Origin: an uncultured Planctomycetales bacterium
GTDB taxonomy: Bacteria; Omnitrophota; Gorgyraeia; Zapsychrales; Fredricksoniimonadaceae
NCBI GenBank assembly: GCA_964572155.1
Contig: CAZNDZ010000002.1
Span: forward strand, 83,089 to 147,088
Direction: 5' to 3'
Length of the DNA stretch: 64,000 nucleotides
In this document: piece after piece, positions 36,263 through 46,840 of the stretch
Numbering within the stretch: position 1 is the stretch's first letter
How the letters are laid out: each line of letters starts with the position of its first letter
The notes under the pieces: generated by a model
Seen by the model: only the letters and a program-made list of their open reading frames with translations
Databases searched by the model: none
What the model was told of the DNA's origin: nothing
Program-made: the position numbers and the translations under genes

Positions 36263-37179
36263 AGTTTCTTAAAGAAGCCAATCACCAACAAGATAGCCAC
36301 AGATATGGCTGATAAGCTTAACACGGTCCAAAATGGCAACAATGTACCGTCGTGCGGCAAAGGCAAGGTTACATTCATTGAGAATAAACTAACAACAAAT
36401 GTAGGCGTCATGATACAAATTGAAACGACCGTCAACCGTTTTAAACGGATGTTTAAATTATTATTAATGATGGATGCTAACGCATCGGTCATGTCTGACA
36501 AAACCGCTGTATATGACTCTGCTTGTTTTAAACACTGACTGCATTCAATGATCAAATCATCTAAGAATTCAACCATTTCTTCCGTGATGGCATATTTTGC
36601 TGCGTGAATTTTTAAACGTTCAATCACCTTAGCGTTGGAATTGATGGCATCGAGATAATAAACTAAGCCTTTGCTTAATTTAAACATATGCAAAAGATCT
36701 TTATTTGTCACCGCTTGATTGATTTCAGCTTCCAACTCTTCTGAAATCTTGCGAATAACTTTTAAGTGATCTTCGAAATGAACAATGTAATGATAAACAA
36801 TGCGCAATAAGATCTCACGCGTAGAACCGATTTTCGAAAAAACCTTAGACTCCCATTGAATCTCATCATCCGGTAAAATCACCACTAACTTATCTTGAAA
36901 TAAGAATAAACCCGTCGAAGAAACCTTAAAAACAAAATTATCATTGGCGCAGTATTTCTTAGGTCTTTTGACAATGAGCGCTAAATGATCACTCTCCGCT
37001 TCTAAACGCCCCAATTCATCAGGGTCAAAGGAAGAGTTCAAGGTGTGTTCATCAATATGCAAATCGTGAATTAAATACTGTTTCTCTTTCTCGTCTAAAT
37101 TGGTATAAACTAATAACTGTGGATTCGCATCTTGAGTTTCGACGAGCTTTCCTGACTGAAGTGCATATTGCTTTAGCAT
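36259..37179 (-). CDS. CorA-family divalent-cation transporter (variant SMN instead of GMN)
   Basis: Cytoplasmic domain plus two C-terminal TM helices with FSMNV at the pore loop. Confidence 0.55.
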   Translation of the reverse strand: MLKQYALQSGKLVETQDANPQLLVYTNLDEKEKQYLIHDLHIDEHTLNSSFDPDELGRLEAESDHLALIVKRPKKYCANDNFVFKVSSTGLFLFQDKLVVILPDDEIQWESKVFSKIGSTREILLRIVYHYIVHFEDHLKVIRKISEELEAEINQAVTNKDLLHMFKLSKGLVYYLDAINSNAKVIERLKIHAAKYAITEEMVEFLDDLIIECSQCLKQAESYTAVLSDMTDALASIINNNLNIRLKRLTVVSICIMTPTFVVSLFSMNVTLPLPHDGTLLPFWTVLSLSAISVAILLVIGFFKKL

Positions 37180-38990
37180 GATGTGTCTTTCTTTAAAAAT
37201 ACTTTATCAATAACGATTGGATCCCAGCCATGTTTGAGCAAATTGGCTTTAAGCTGTGACAACTCTTCATCTTTTTTTAATTTCACCAGCTCTAACAATA
37301 ACTGGTAATTAAAGTGCTGTTGATCATTAAAACGATGTTCCCACTGCCGCTCTTGTGTTGAATGATTTAACACTAAAGCGATGGCAGCAACCAATAATGG
37401 TAGCAATAAAATAAACAATGATGAAAAGAAATCTACGCCAAATTTTGGTATCAATAAATATGGCATGGATGATAAAAATGCATCCATCAAATAGTGTGCT
37501 GTTATGACTGCAACCAAACCAAAACGCAAATATGCAAAACCTAAGATAATACCAAGGCACGCAACCTCCAAACCTCTAAACCACATGGGATAGATCGGAT
37601 AAGCCGTATGACCAACCCCCCACATAATGGCAGACAAGAATACTGCCACAACACCCAAACCATAGCGCTTAAAGAAATTAATCCCAAATAAACGAAACAT
37701 GGTTTCTTCTGAAAATGATGCTTGCACTCCAATGAGCATCGCGGTGATAGCAGGAAATGTCGACGAAGATGCTTTTGTTAACCACGATAATTCTTCCCAT
37801 ACCCCACAATAATGATAACCCAAATCATAAATAAAAGCTTGAGCCCCTAAAACAAACGCACAAATCGCATACCCAATTACAATGGATTGTGCTGTTATTG
37901 ACGTAAAAAAAGATGACAGGATTGGGCTTAAGAATCCTTGTGCCTTTGTATTTTGATCCACTTCAAAACGCAAAGACTCTCCTGCTAAGCCTGGTAAAAT
38001 GAATGCCAACACAATAAACAATGGATTAACTAAATTCTCAATGATGCGACGCATAACATATTCACCAAAAGCTTGTGTTGTAGAATATTCATAAAGAAAA
38101 TACTGGTAGGAGTTCAACACTTCTAAGAACAACAAGAAATAGATAAAGATGCCAACTTTCACATAAAAAGATTTAACAATGCGTGGGATAAAATGATTCT
38201 TGCGATTAACGACAAGCATGATGGCAAACGTTAACAAACATAAATAAAAAATGCGAAATACCAACGTTAGGTTTGTCCCAGTCTGCTTTAAATTATCCAC
38301 ATATCGATGAAAACCATCGGGTATATCAAAATTAGCTTTTGAAAACGATAAGATGTCTTTTCCAGAAACTGTGATCATGGTGATTAGTTTTGCACTGCCG
38401 CCGCCAAGATCTTTATTCCATGGAATGTCCACATATTTAGATTCCCAAGTAAACTTATAGTCAATGCGATTAGGCTGTTTCTGTGAGTTATCACTCGCAA
38501 GTATGTAATCATCAATATTAAAGCCAAACTTATTCTTTAGAAAACTTATCGCCAGAACCTTAGAAGTCTCTTTGTCTAATAGTGGCCGTGGCGCCGTATC
38601 TTCAATGGCATGGTTAAAACCAACAACTTCGCCGGTTTTTGAACTTACAAAGACAATGAATTCTTCTTTTTGTTTTTCTTTAAAAAATCTAACAGCCCAA
38701 CCAAAGAGATCATAATTAAGCTTCTTAACCAATTGCTGACTTTGATGTATCCCAATGGTCTTCTGTAAATAACGGTCCGTGGCATCATCAGCATCAAAAA
38801 TTGCCGCAATTTTATAATCTTGGTAATTTATTTTTTGATTTGAAAGAAAATCTTTTGCGATCGATATGGCTTTATCTTGCTTGATAGATAGGTCAATGTA
38901 TTGATAGCGCGGCAAGGCAAATTGCACCCACCAAAAGACACCAATCGTTGCTAGTAAGACTAAAATGAGTGGCGTAATAAACTTTTTCAA
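37173..38990 (-). CDS. CPBP (CAAX/Abi) family intramembrane metalloprotease with large N-terminal domain
   Basis: C-terminal SEETMFR (EExxxR) and GVGHTAY (H motif) are characteristic of CPBP glutamic endopeptidases. Polytopic. Confidence 0.55.
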   Translation of the reverse strand: MKKFITPLILVLLATIGVFWWVQFALPRYQYIDLSIKQDKAISIAKDFLSNQKINYQDYKIAAIFDADDATDRYLQKTIGIHQSQQLVKKLNYDLFGWAVRFFKEKQKEEFIVFVSSKTGEVVGFNHAIEDTAPRPLLDKETSKVLAISFLKNKFGFNIDDYILASDNSQKQPNRIDYKFTWESKYVDIPWNKDLGGGSAKLITMITVSGKDILSFSKANFDIPDGFHRYVDNLKQTGTNLTLVFRIFYLCLLTFAIMLVVNRKNHFIPRIVKSFYVKVGIFIYFLLFLEVLNSYQYFLYEYSTTQAFGEYVMRRIIENLVNPLFIVLAFILPGLAGESLRFEVDQNTKAQGFLSPILSSFFTSITAQSIVIGYAICAFVLGAQAFIYDLGYHYCGVWEELSWLTKASSSTFPAITAMLIGVQASFSEETMFRLFGINFFKRYGLGVVAVFLSAIMWGVGHTAYPIYPMWFRGLEVACLGIILGFAYLRFGLVAVITAHYLMDAFLSSMPYLLIPKFGVDFFSSLFILLLPLLVAAIALVLNHSTQERQWEHRFNDQQHFNYQLLLELVKLKKDEELSQLKANLLKHGWDPIVIDKVFLKKDTSC

Positions 38991-40267
38991 ATCAATGCTC
39001 CTACAATGGCTTGACCATCGACAGATTGCAAACGAACGTTATGCATTTGATTCATGAAATCACCATCCACTTTTACTTTAACCCTAGCATAGTTATCCGT
39101 CACCCCATCCCAATACCCATTCGCATAACCTTCAAATAATACAGGCATTGTCTTTCCAAGCAATAATTCATGGAATATGCGGCGCTTGCGTTCAGATAAC
39201 TCGCGCAATATTTGACTGCGTTTGGTAACAATGGATTGCGGCATGGTTTTAATCAAACGGCTCTTAGCCATTTGTCGCGGCGAATAACTAAAGACGTGGA
39301 AATAATCAATGGGCGATTCCCTTAAAAAATCAACGGTATGATCAAAATGATCAGACGTCTCCCCTGGAAATCCCACAATAACATCTGTACCAATGCATAT
39401 ATCATCCACAGTTTTATGTGCATCATTAATAAAAGTTGAAAATTCTTCTAAGGTGTATTTACGCGCCATGTCTTTTAAAATATCATTATGCCCGCTTTGT
39501 AATGGGATATGCAAATAGCGACAAAGCTTGCCTTCGTTCATGCGTTCAAAAAATGTTTCAGGGATAGTTGTTGGTTCAATGGAAGAAATGCGAATTCGAA
39601 CCAAACGTTTAATCTTCTCAAGCGATAATACAACATCATGGATGGTCTTGTTATCATAAGCATATGTGCCCACATTGATGCCTGTTAAAATTAACTCTTG
39701 ATGTCCCGCATCAACCAAGGCATTGGCTTCTTTCATAATATCTTCAAAAATGCGACTACGCGCACGACCACGGGCATATGGAATCTCACAAAATGAACAA
39801 AAGAAGTCGCAACCATCTTGGATTTTTAAACTTGCACGTTTATGTTGGCGATCGATTGCTGGAACAGATAATGTAAATGGAGTTCTGTTGATCGTCGGTG
39901 TGATGACAGCCGTGGTCGATGGGTTTGGATGTTCGTTAAACACATTAACCAAGTCCATCTTGCGTTCATTACCAACCACCCATGACACATTCGGCAAAAC
40001 CGCTAACTGCTCTTTTTGCACTTGTGCTTGGCAACCAACCAAAGCAATGCGGGCTTTGGGGTGCATGCGATTCACCTTATGCACCATGCGTCGTGTATCA
40101 GCATCACCACCTTGTGTTACCGTACAGGTGTTAATGACAACAATATCACTAGGCGCTTTTATGTCGACGACCTCATAACCTTGATGGGTAAAGGTGTTTC
40201 CAAGTGACGCTGTCTCTGATTGGTTTAGACGACAGCCAAAGGTATAAAAAGATACGCGTGTGCTCAT
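38987..40267 (-). CDS. Radical-SAM methylthiotransferase, MtaB-like (second MTTase paralogue)
   Basis: FYTFGCRLNQSETASL N-domain, radical-SAM CDFFCSFC and TRAM C-terminus. 426 aa. Confidence 0.8.
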   Translation of the reverse strand: MSTRVSFYTFGCRLNQSETASLGNTFTHQGYEVVDIKAPSDIVVINTCTVTQGGDADTRRMVHKVNRMHPKARIALVGCQAQVQKEQLAVLPNVSWVVGNERKMDLVNVFNEHPNPSTTAVITPTINRTPFTLSVPAIDRQHKRASLKIQDGCDFFCSFCEIPYARGRARSRIFEDIMKEANALVDAGHQELILTGINVGTYAYDNKTIHDVVLSLEKIKRLVRIRISSIEPTTIPETFFERMNEGKLCRYLHIPLQSGHNDILKDMARKYTLEEFSTFINDAHKTVDDICIGTDVIVGFPGETSDHFDHTVDFLRESPIDYFHVFSYSPRQMAKSRLIKTMPQSIVTKRSQILRELSERKRRIFHELLLGKTMPVLFEGYANGYWDGVTDNYARVKVKVDGDFMNQMHNVRLQSVDGQAIVGALI

Positions 40268-41232
40268 GCCGCCTTAAGATCGGATAAATGTTTGATGCGT
40301 TTTAACATATTAGGATGCGTGCTTAAGAATTCCATCATCTTTTCTGTTCCTGACAATGTGACATATTTATTTCGAATCAATAATAATTCTGCACCGTCGA
40401 TCGTCCCACTATTATCTCGATCCAATTGCTTTAGATCACGAATCTCATTTAAAGCTCGAGAAGGATCATTAATAAAGAAAGCCTTCATGCCTTCAACTTC
40501 TTTCATATCTCTAGAATCACTAAACTTCGCCGTACCGTAAACCAATTTAAACAAAGCCGTGGCCAAATGTTCTGGTTTATTACCAAGCTCAACAGATCCT
40601 TTATCAGCATAATATTCACGAATGCGTGAACCATATAAAACTAGCAAGTTGGTGATGAAATAAAACAAGAACGCTGCAAGTCCAATGAAAATAGTATTCC
40701 CCCCGCTGCGATTATCTCGCCTACCACCATAAAACATAAAATGCCATGCAATGCGGTACATGATCATGGGCACGACAGACAGCAAGGTGATGGTTAAAAC
40801 ATCACGATTTTTTATATGCGATAATTCATGCCCAATAACCGCTTTTAATTCATCATCTGAAAGTAAGCGCATGATGCCCGCTGAAACACAGACACGGCCA
40901 TCATTGATCCCTCGTCCAAAAGCAAAAGCATTAGGGACATCTGATGCAGACACACAAACACGTGGCATGGGAATATTGGCTTTGCGCGCTTGAGACTCAA
41001 CCATATCCCAAATTTTTGGCAAATCTTCTCGTTTGATATAACGTAATTGCATGGTCCACTCAATGATCTTGGGACCAATCATATATTGCACCACCATTAA
41101 CCCAACAGAGATCAATAAATAAAATCCAAAATTATAAACTCCCATAGACGTGCTAATAAGCACGATGGTCATATAAATGATGGAGAATAAAGCAGCAATT
41201 AATAAGTACATCTTAATTTGAAGCGGAACCAT
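40264..41232 (-). CDS. htpX: M48 zinc metalloprotease HtpX with C-terminal EF-hand-like Ca-binding loop
   Basis: HELSH zinc motif and HtpX TM topology. C-terminal DRDNSGTIDGAE is a canonical 12-residue EF-hand loop. Confidence 0.8.
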   Translation of the reverse strand: MVPLQIKMYLLIAALFSIIYMTIVLISTSMGVYNFGFYLLISVGLMVVQYMIGPKIIEWTMQLRYIKREDLPKIWDMVESQARKANIPMPRVCVSASDVPNAFAFGRGINDGRVCVSAGIMRLLSDDELKAVIGHELSHIKNRDVLTITLLSVVPMIMYRIAWHFMFYGGRRDNRSGGNTIFIGLAAFLFYFITNLLVLYGSRIREYYADKGSVELGNKPEHLATALFKLVYGTAKFSDSRDMKEVEGMKAFFINDPSRALNEIRDLKQLDRDNSGTIDGAELLLIRNKYVTLSGTEKMMEFLSTHPNMLKRIKHLSDLKAA

Positions 41233-41248
41233 GACAACATCTCCTTTC

Positions 41249-41605
41249 TTAATGCTTAAGACTTAATAACAGTGCCCATCCAATTAAAAAAGATACACCG
41301 CCCAATGGGGTGATTGCACCCAACCATTTGATCGCCGTGACACTTAACAAATAAAGACTGCCGGAAAATAGCACAATGCCCGCTAATAAAAAATAGCCTG
41401 CTAAATTTACCTTACTATCTGCTGTTGTCGTCGATAACCACGCAATAACAAATAAACCCAGCGCGTGAATCATATGATACAACACAGCTGTTTTGTAAAC
41501 TTCCATGTAATGATCACTCAACTTTGCACGTAATGCATGTGCCCCAAAAGCCCCTAACATCACAGCTAAAAACATCAACCCTGCACCCACCTTAGCCCAA
41601 ATCAT
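41249..41605 (-). CDS. DUF423 family membrane protein (YgdD-like)
   Basis: 118 aa, 4 TM. AFGAH...YHMIHALGL pattern. Confidence 0.5.
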   Translation of the reverse strand: MIWAKVGAGLMFLAVMLGAFGAHALRAKLSDHYMEVYKTAVLYHMIHALGLFVIAWLSTTTADSKVNLAGYFLLAGIVLFSGSLYLLSVTAIKWLGAITPLGGVSFLIGWALLLSLKH

Positions 41606-42836
41606 GTATTTGTCCTTTTAGATAATCAAGCCCCAATTTAAAGGCATGTTGTGTTGCCTTGACCCGCGCATCAAACCATTTGTCGCCGGTTTTACCATGT
41701 TTAACATAGTTTCTAATTAATTGCGCATTATCATTTGCTGTTAAATGCTCCCGTTGCTCTTCTGTCGCAGGTGTTATTTTCAAGAAATCTTCAACATCAA
41801 AATTGATTTCATGACGCTGATAACTGCCATCGCGCTGTTTAACGCTTAATAAGATTTTAGCAGGACGTTTTAATGGCATGCCACAACTTCCTTCGATGCC
41901 ATTGCGAATAACCATGGCTCCTTTAAATCCTGCGCGTTCTGAAATCGTTAACATCTTCTCACCATACGGTGGATGAAATGCTGATGTCACAATGATATCC
42001 GCTTGCGCAGGCTTTATAAATTTCTCTAACGTTGACAAAAATGGACGCTTGATGGTTTGTCGACGCACATTGACCCATCGATCCAGCGCTTTAGAAACAG
42101 CTGCCTGTTCATAAAACCAACCAAATGATGGCTTATGCTTAGCTAAATCTTGATTGCATGTGGCGTATGTCACACCCAAATCATTGACGACATCAAACAA
42201 ATTAAATACCAATTTTGGGCCGCTATTGCGACCAACCATATGGATGACACGATACCCTAAAGATTGTACATAGTCACCGACAAGCGGTGTTACTAAATAG
42301 GAATGATCATTGCCATCGAAGGGTTCTGCGATTTGGACAATGGGTTCACCTTTGGGTGTTGCGTCACAAAATGCAGGTTCAATGGTTTCCTGCATGGCTT
42401 GCCATATGCCTTCATATTCATCGTCAGTCTCATATCGGACACGTAAATATGATGCAATCAAACCCCGCGCGCCATCACCTGTATGGGGCGAGAATAAAAA
42501 TTTTCCTAAATCATAGGCCGTTGCTTTATCTAAGGTTTTGCCTAGAACCAATTGCCGACAAACCCATTGCACAAAAACAGGTGCATCTGCCGTGATGGCA
42601 TCAACCATTAAAGCAGGATCTGGCACCAAAACAGACTCAACAGGATCTGGGCCTTTAGCGAGTAAGCCTGCGAAAAAAGCACCCTTGGCAGCATCACTCA
42701 CCTTACCTGCATCTAAGTCTGCTTTTATTTCCGCAGTCAGTTGTGGGCTTAATGAGCGACTACCTTTTTTACCCACACCCACGGTCTTAATCCCACGGAC
42801 AATGGCAGAGTCGTTTGGTTTAAAAATGATCGGCAT
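41592..42836 (-). CDS. Hypothetical protein with TrpD/thymidine-phosphorylase-like (glycosyl transferase family 3) fold
   Basis: HMVGRNSGPKLVFNLFDVVNDLGV resembles the KHGNRxxSSKSGSADVLEALG block of family-3 glycosyl transferases. Weak. Confidence 0.3.
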   Translation of the reverse strand: MPIIFKPNDSAIVRGIKTVGVGKKGSRSLSPQLTAEIKADLDAGKVSDAAKGAFFAGLLAKGPDPVESVLVPDPALMVDAITADAPVFVQWVCRQLVLGKTLDKATAYDLGKFLFSPHTGDGARGLIASYLRVRYETDDEYEGIWQAMQETIEPAFCDATPKGEPIVQIAEPFDGNDHSYLVTPLVGDYVQSLGYRVIHMVGRNSGPKLVFNLFDVVNDLGVTYATCNQDLAKHKPSFGWFYEQAAVSKALDRWVNVRRQTIKRPFLSTLEKFIKPAQADIIVTSAFHPPYGEKMLTISERAGFKGAMVIRNGIEGSCGMPLKRPAKILLSVKQRDGSYQRHEINFDVEDFLKITPATEEQREHLTANDNAQLIRNYVKHGKTGDKWFDARVKATQHAFKLGLDYLKGQIHDLG

Positions 42837-42894
42837 AAGGCGTTTATTATACTAAATTTGCATAAAAAGTAAATTCAGATATAATAACCGCCTT

Positions 42895-43866
42895 ATGCAA
42901 ATTGGATCCGTCAATATTGATAAACCGCTCTGCCTAGCACCCATGGAAGATGTCACCGAACTTCCCTTTCGCATCATCTGTAAAAGGCTTGGCGCCGACA
43001 TTGTTTATACCGAATTCACCTCATCTGAAGGCCTTATCCGCGAGATCCCTCGCATCATGGAAAAAGTAGCCATTTGCGACGAGGAACGCCCTGTTTCCAT
43101 TCAAATTTTTGGCGGTCGCCCCGATGCCATGGGTGGCGCTGCCCAAGTTATTGAAAAATTAAATCCTGATTTTATTGATATTAATTGTGGTTGCTGGGTT
43201 AAGAATCATGTGGCTCGCAATGAAGGTGCTGGTTTATTACGCGATCTCCCCTTATTTGAATCGATCGTCAAAGCAACAGTCAAAGGCACGAAATTACCTG
43301 TCACGGTTAAAACCCGCCTTGGTTGGGATGAAAATAGCATTGTAATCACGGACGTCGCACGGATGGTTGAAGCGGCTGGGGCGAAAGCTTTAACCTTGCA
43401 TTGCCGCACCCGTTCACAAGCCCATAGTGGTTTTGCAGATTGGAATTGGCTAGAAAAAATTAAGAAAGTCATTCAAATCCCTTTGATAGGAAATGGCGAT
43501 GTTACGACCCCCGAAGATGTGAAGGCCATGTTTGAAACTGGCTGTGATGGGGTGATGATTGGACGCGGGGCCATTGCAAATCCTTGGATTTTTGCCCAAG
43601 CCAAACATTACCTTAAGACGGGAAGCTTGCTTGCAGAACCCACGATCGAAGAAAAAATAAAAATGTGTATTGAACATTTAAAATTAAATGTGCAATATAA
43701 AGGTGAACATTATGGCGTTCAAACTTTTCGCAAACATTATGTCGGTTATTTAAAAGGTTTGCCTAACATCACGCCCATTAGAACACAATTGATGAGTTTT
43801 ACAGAAATGTCCCAAGTCATTGAATGTTTAACCCAATATTTGCATAAAGCCCATGAAAAAGTTTGA
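42895..43866 (+). CDS. dus: tRNA-dihydrouridine synthase (Dus/NifR3 family)
   Basis: LAPMEDVTELPFR and IDINCGCWVK (TIM-barrel FMN site). 323 aa. Confidence 0.85.
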   Translation: MQIGSVNIDKPLCLAPMEDVTELPFRIICKRLGADIVYTEFTSSEGLIREIPRIMEKVAICDEERPVSIQIFGGRPDAMGGAAQVIEKLNPDFIDINCGCWVKNHVARNEGAGLLRDLPLFESIVKATVKGTKLPVTVKTRLGWDENSIVITDVARMVEAAGAKALTLHCRTRSQAHSGFADWNWLEKIKKVIQIPLIGNGDVTTPEDVKAMFETGCDGVMIGRGAIANPWIFAQAKHYLKTGSLLAEPTIEEKIKMCIEHLKLNVQYKGEHYGVQTFRKHYVGYLKGLPNITPIRTQLMSFTEMSQVIECLTQYLHKAHEKV

Positions 43867-45244
43867 TATCATTGTGATTGGTTCCGGCGGTGGCGCTAAG
43901 ATCACTTCGCCCGCCGCAAGCCAAGGCCTTAAAGTTGCTGTCATTGAAAAAGACAAACTCGGCGGCACCTGTTTGAATCGTGGTTGCATTCCCTCAAAAA
44001 TGCTCATCCATCCAGCAGATGTGGCTCATACGATTAAAGATGCTCATCGTTTTGATATCATTCATAACCCACAATTTTCTGTCGATTTTGCCAAACTAGT
44101 CAATCGCATTTCAGCTACCGTTGACGGTGATTCCGCTAAAATTGAAAATAGCTACACAAAGCACCCCAACATTGCTTACCATCATGGCACTGCCCGATTC
44201 ATCGATAATTACACGGTTGAAATCAATGGCGAAGAAATCACGGCAGACAAAATCTTTATCGCCGTTGGAACGCGCCCAAGCATTCCCAATATTGAAGGCC
44301 TTGCAGGTACACCGTACATGACATCAACCGAAGCCTTGCGCAACACCAAGTTGCCAAGCTCGATGATCGTCATTGGCGGCGGTTACATTGCTTGTGAAAT
44401 TGGTTATGCCTATGGTGCCCTTGGCACTAAAACACATTTTTTGGTACGTTCAACCATGTTGCGTAACGAAGATGGTGAAATAGCGGCGGAGTTTAATAAA
44501 TCATTCGCACGACACCATGATGTTCATTTTGGCAGCACCCCAACTAAAGTTGAATTCAAGAATCACACCTTCACCGTTACTTATGAACAAAAAGGTGTGC
44601 AACATACTTTAAGTGCTGAGAGCTTGCTCGTTGCAACCGGTATCACCTCCAACGTCGACACCTTGGACATCATCAATACCGATATTGAATTAATGTCAGG
44701 CAATTTTATCAAGACCAATGATCATTTAGAAACCAACGTCAAAGGCATTTATGCCTTAGGCGATTGCATTGGCAAATATTTCTTCCGTCATAGCGTAAAC
44801 TTTGAAGGCGAATATCTTTTTGATCAAGTCTTTAACAATGCGCCTCGCGCACCCATTGTGTATCCCCCTGTACCACACGCGGTTTTTACCAACCCACAAG
44901 TAGCCGGCGTTGGTAAAACTGAGGAACAGTTAATTCAAGATGGGACACCTTACATCATTGGGCTTAACCCTTACAAAAGCTCCGCCATGGGTATGGCCCT
45001 TTTGTCTGAATCAGGATTTTGTAAGATTTTATTCTGTAAAAAAACACGACGAATTTTAGGTGCGCATATCATTGGCGAGGAAGCGTCCGACATGATCCAT
45101 ATGCTCATTGCCATGATGTACAAGCAAGGGACTTTGGATGATTTACTTAAAATGATTTATATTCACCCTGCATTACCAGAAATTGTGCGTAATGCCGCGC
45201 GTAAGGCTAAGACTGCGTTTGACAATAATTTAATTCGAGCTTAA
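43853..45244 (+). CDS. Class-I pyridine nucleotide-disulfide oxidoreductase (dihydrolipoyl dehydrogenase / glutathione reductase family)
   Basis: FAD motif IVIGSGGG, redox-active GGTCLNRGCIPSK, NAD(P) motif, C-terminal HP dyad region (IYIHPALPE). Confidence 0.75.
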   Translation: MKKFDIIVIGSGGGAKITSPAASQGLKVAVIEKDKLGGTCLNRGCIPSKMLIHPADVAHTIKDAHRFDIIHNPQFSVDFAKLVNRISATVDGDSAKIENSYTKHPNIAYHHGTARFIDNYTVEINGEEITADKIFIAVGTRPSIPNIEGLAGTPYMTSTEALRNTKLPSSMIVIGGGYIACEIGYAYGALGTKTHFLVRSTMLRNEDGEIAAEFNKSFARHHDVHFGSTPTKVEFKNHTFTVTYEQKGVQHTLSAESLLVATGITSNVDTLDIINTDIELMSGNFIKTNDHLETNVKGIYALGDCIGKYFFRHSVNFEGEYLFDQVFNNAPRAPIVYPPVPHAVFTNPQVAGVGKTEEQLIQDGTPYIIGLNPYKSSAMGMALLSESGFCKILFCKKTRRILGAHIIGEEASDMIHMLIAMMYKQGTLDDLLKMIYIHPALPEIVRNAARKAKTAFDNNLIRA

Positions 45245-45254
45245 ATTATCGCTT

Positions 45255-45983
45255 ATGCGTAAATCTGACGTTGCCATTTCAATCAAATCCTTAAACAAAT
45301 TCTACGGAAAACTACAAGCGCTGGATAACGTATCCTTTGAAGTTAAACGCGGCGACTTCTTTGCTTTCTTGGGCCCCAATGGCGCTGGCAAAACAACCAC
45401 CATCAATGTCTTAACAGGTTTATCCAATTATCAAAATGGCGACGTGCAGGTTTTTGGTCATGATGTGACCAGCGACTACCTCAATTCTCGTCGACTCATT
45501 GGCCTCTGCGCCCAAGAATTTAACTTCGATCCCTTTTTAACCATTTACCAATTGCTCGTCTATCAAGCCCAATATTTTGGAATTCCCCCGTGGCAAGCCA
45601 AGACGCGCGCACAACAACTATTAGACCGCTTTGGCCTTTCGGATAAACGCAATCAAAAGCACCGCGCCTTGTCTGGTGGTATGAAAAAAAGATTACTCTT
45701 ATGCCGCGCCTTAATTCATGACCCTGAAATCTTAATCCTCGATGAGCCTACAGCCGGCTGTGACTTGGAATTAAAATTCTTAATATGGGATTATTTGACG
45801 CAGTTAAATAAAGAAGGTAAAACCATATTCTTAACCACCCATTACATGCAGGAAGCAGAAAAACTGTGTAAGACCATTGGCATTATTAATCATGGGCGCA
45901 TGGTGCGCATTGGCGAGAAAAAAGAAATACTTCAAGATAAATCATTGGAAGATGTTTTCCTAGAATTAACAGGATCGGAATAA
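45255..45983 (+). CDS. ABC transporter ATP-binding protein
   Basis: Walker A GPNGAGKTT, signature LSGGMKKRL, Walker B ILILDEPT. Confidence 0.8.
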   Translation: MRKSDVAISIKSLNKFYGKLQALDNVSFEVKRGDFFAFLGPNGAGKTTTINVLTGLSNYQNGDVQVFGHDVTSDYLNSRRLIGLCAQEFNFDPFLTIYQLLVYQAQYFGIPPWQAKTRAQQLLDRFGLSDKRNQKHRALSGGMKKRLLLCRALIHDPEILILDEPTAGCDLELKFLIWDYLTQLNKEGKTIFLTTHYMQEAEKLCKTIGIINHGRMVRIGEKKEILQDKSLEDVFLELTGSE

Positions 45984-46765
45984 TGCTACATTTAATTTCA
46001 AACCCCATTGGCGTACTCGCTTTATCCAAACGTGAAATCCATCGTTTCTTTTCAGTTGCCAATCAAACCATCTTTCCACCGCTGGTGTCTTCTGCGCTTT
46101 TTATGTATATTTTTGGGATTGCTTTAGGCGGTCGCATTGATTTTGTAGCCGCAACAGGTTTAAGCTATTTAAACTTTATCGTCCCTGGGCTTATGGCCAT
46201 GCACTTGATATCAAGCTCCTATGAAAACACTTCATCGTCGCTATTTATTGGACGCTGGCATAATCATATCCAAGAAGTTTTACTCTCACCGCTATCGTAT
46301 ATTGAAATGGTTTTGGGATTACTCGCCGGTGGTGTTGCGCGTGGCTTAGTTGTTTGTTACGGTGTGTGGACGATCAGCCAATTCTTTGCGCCTAGCATGA
46401 TCTTACATCCCTTTGCCTTAATCTATTTTATGCTCATGATTGCCATCATCTTCTCATGTGCCGGCATGATGGGTGCCTTGTGGGCGGAAGATTTCGGAAT
46501 GCTGTCCATGTGGAACATTTATGTGATTGTGCCCCTCGCACTACTTGGCGGCGTCTTTCATCCCCTAACCATGCTCCCCAAACCCATCCTCATCTTAAGC
46601 CACTTCAACCCTCTAACCTATTTAATCAACGGCATCAGATTTAGCATGACAGGTGTGAGCGACGTCTCCATCTGGATCTGCGCAGGTATCGCATTTCTCA
46701 TGGCGGGTACATTCTTTTTAACGACGGTGTATTTGTTCAAAGTGGGCTATAAACTTCGCAGTTAA
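45983..46765 (+). CDS. ABC-2 type transporter permease
   Basis: 260 aa, 6 TM. Start overlaps the ATPase stop (ATGA). Confidence 0.65.
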   Translation: MLHLISNPIGVLALSKREIHRFFSVANQTIFPPLVSSALFMYIFGIALGGRIDFVAATGLSYLNFIVPGLMAMHLISSSYENTSSSLFIGRWHNHIQEVLLSPLSYIEMVLGLLAGGVARGLVVCYGVWTISQFFAPSMILHPFALIYFMLMIAIIFSCAGMMGALWAEDFGMLSMWNIYVIVPLALLGGVFHPLTMLPKPILILSHFNPLTYLINGIRFSMTGVSDVSIWICAGIAFLMAGTFFLTTVYLFKVGYKLRS

Positions 46766-46840
46766 TTGACATAATCTAAAATTATGTTATATTTATATTA
46801 CTTCAAATGCGGGCGTTGACTGTGTCGATAGCTCGCATTT

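Noticed and set aside
36259-37179. CorA pore-loop SMN instead of GMN as a sign of a pseudogene
   Set aside because: The ORF is intact with both C-terminal TM helices. It is a conservative variant within the CorA superfamily, not evidence of decay.
38987-40267. Second methylthiotransferase gene as the displaced 5' fragment of miaB, which would mark the other island end
   Set aside because: It is a complete 426-aa MtaB-type paralogue with its own N-domain (FYTFGCRLNQ), radical-SAM motif and TRAM domain. It is not a fragment.
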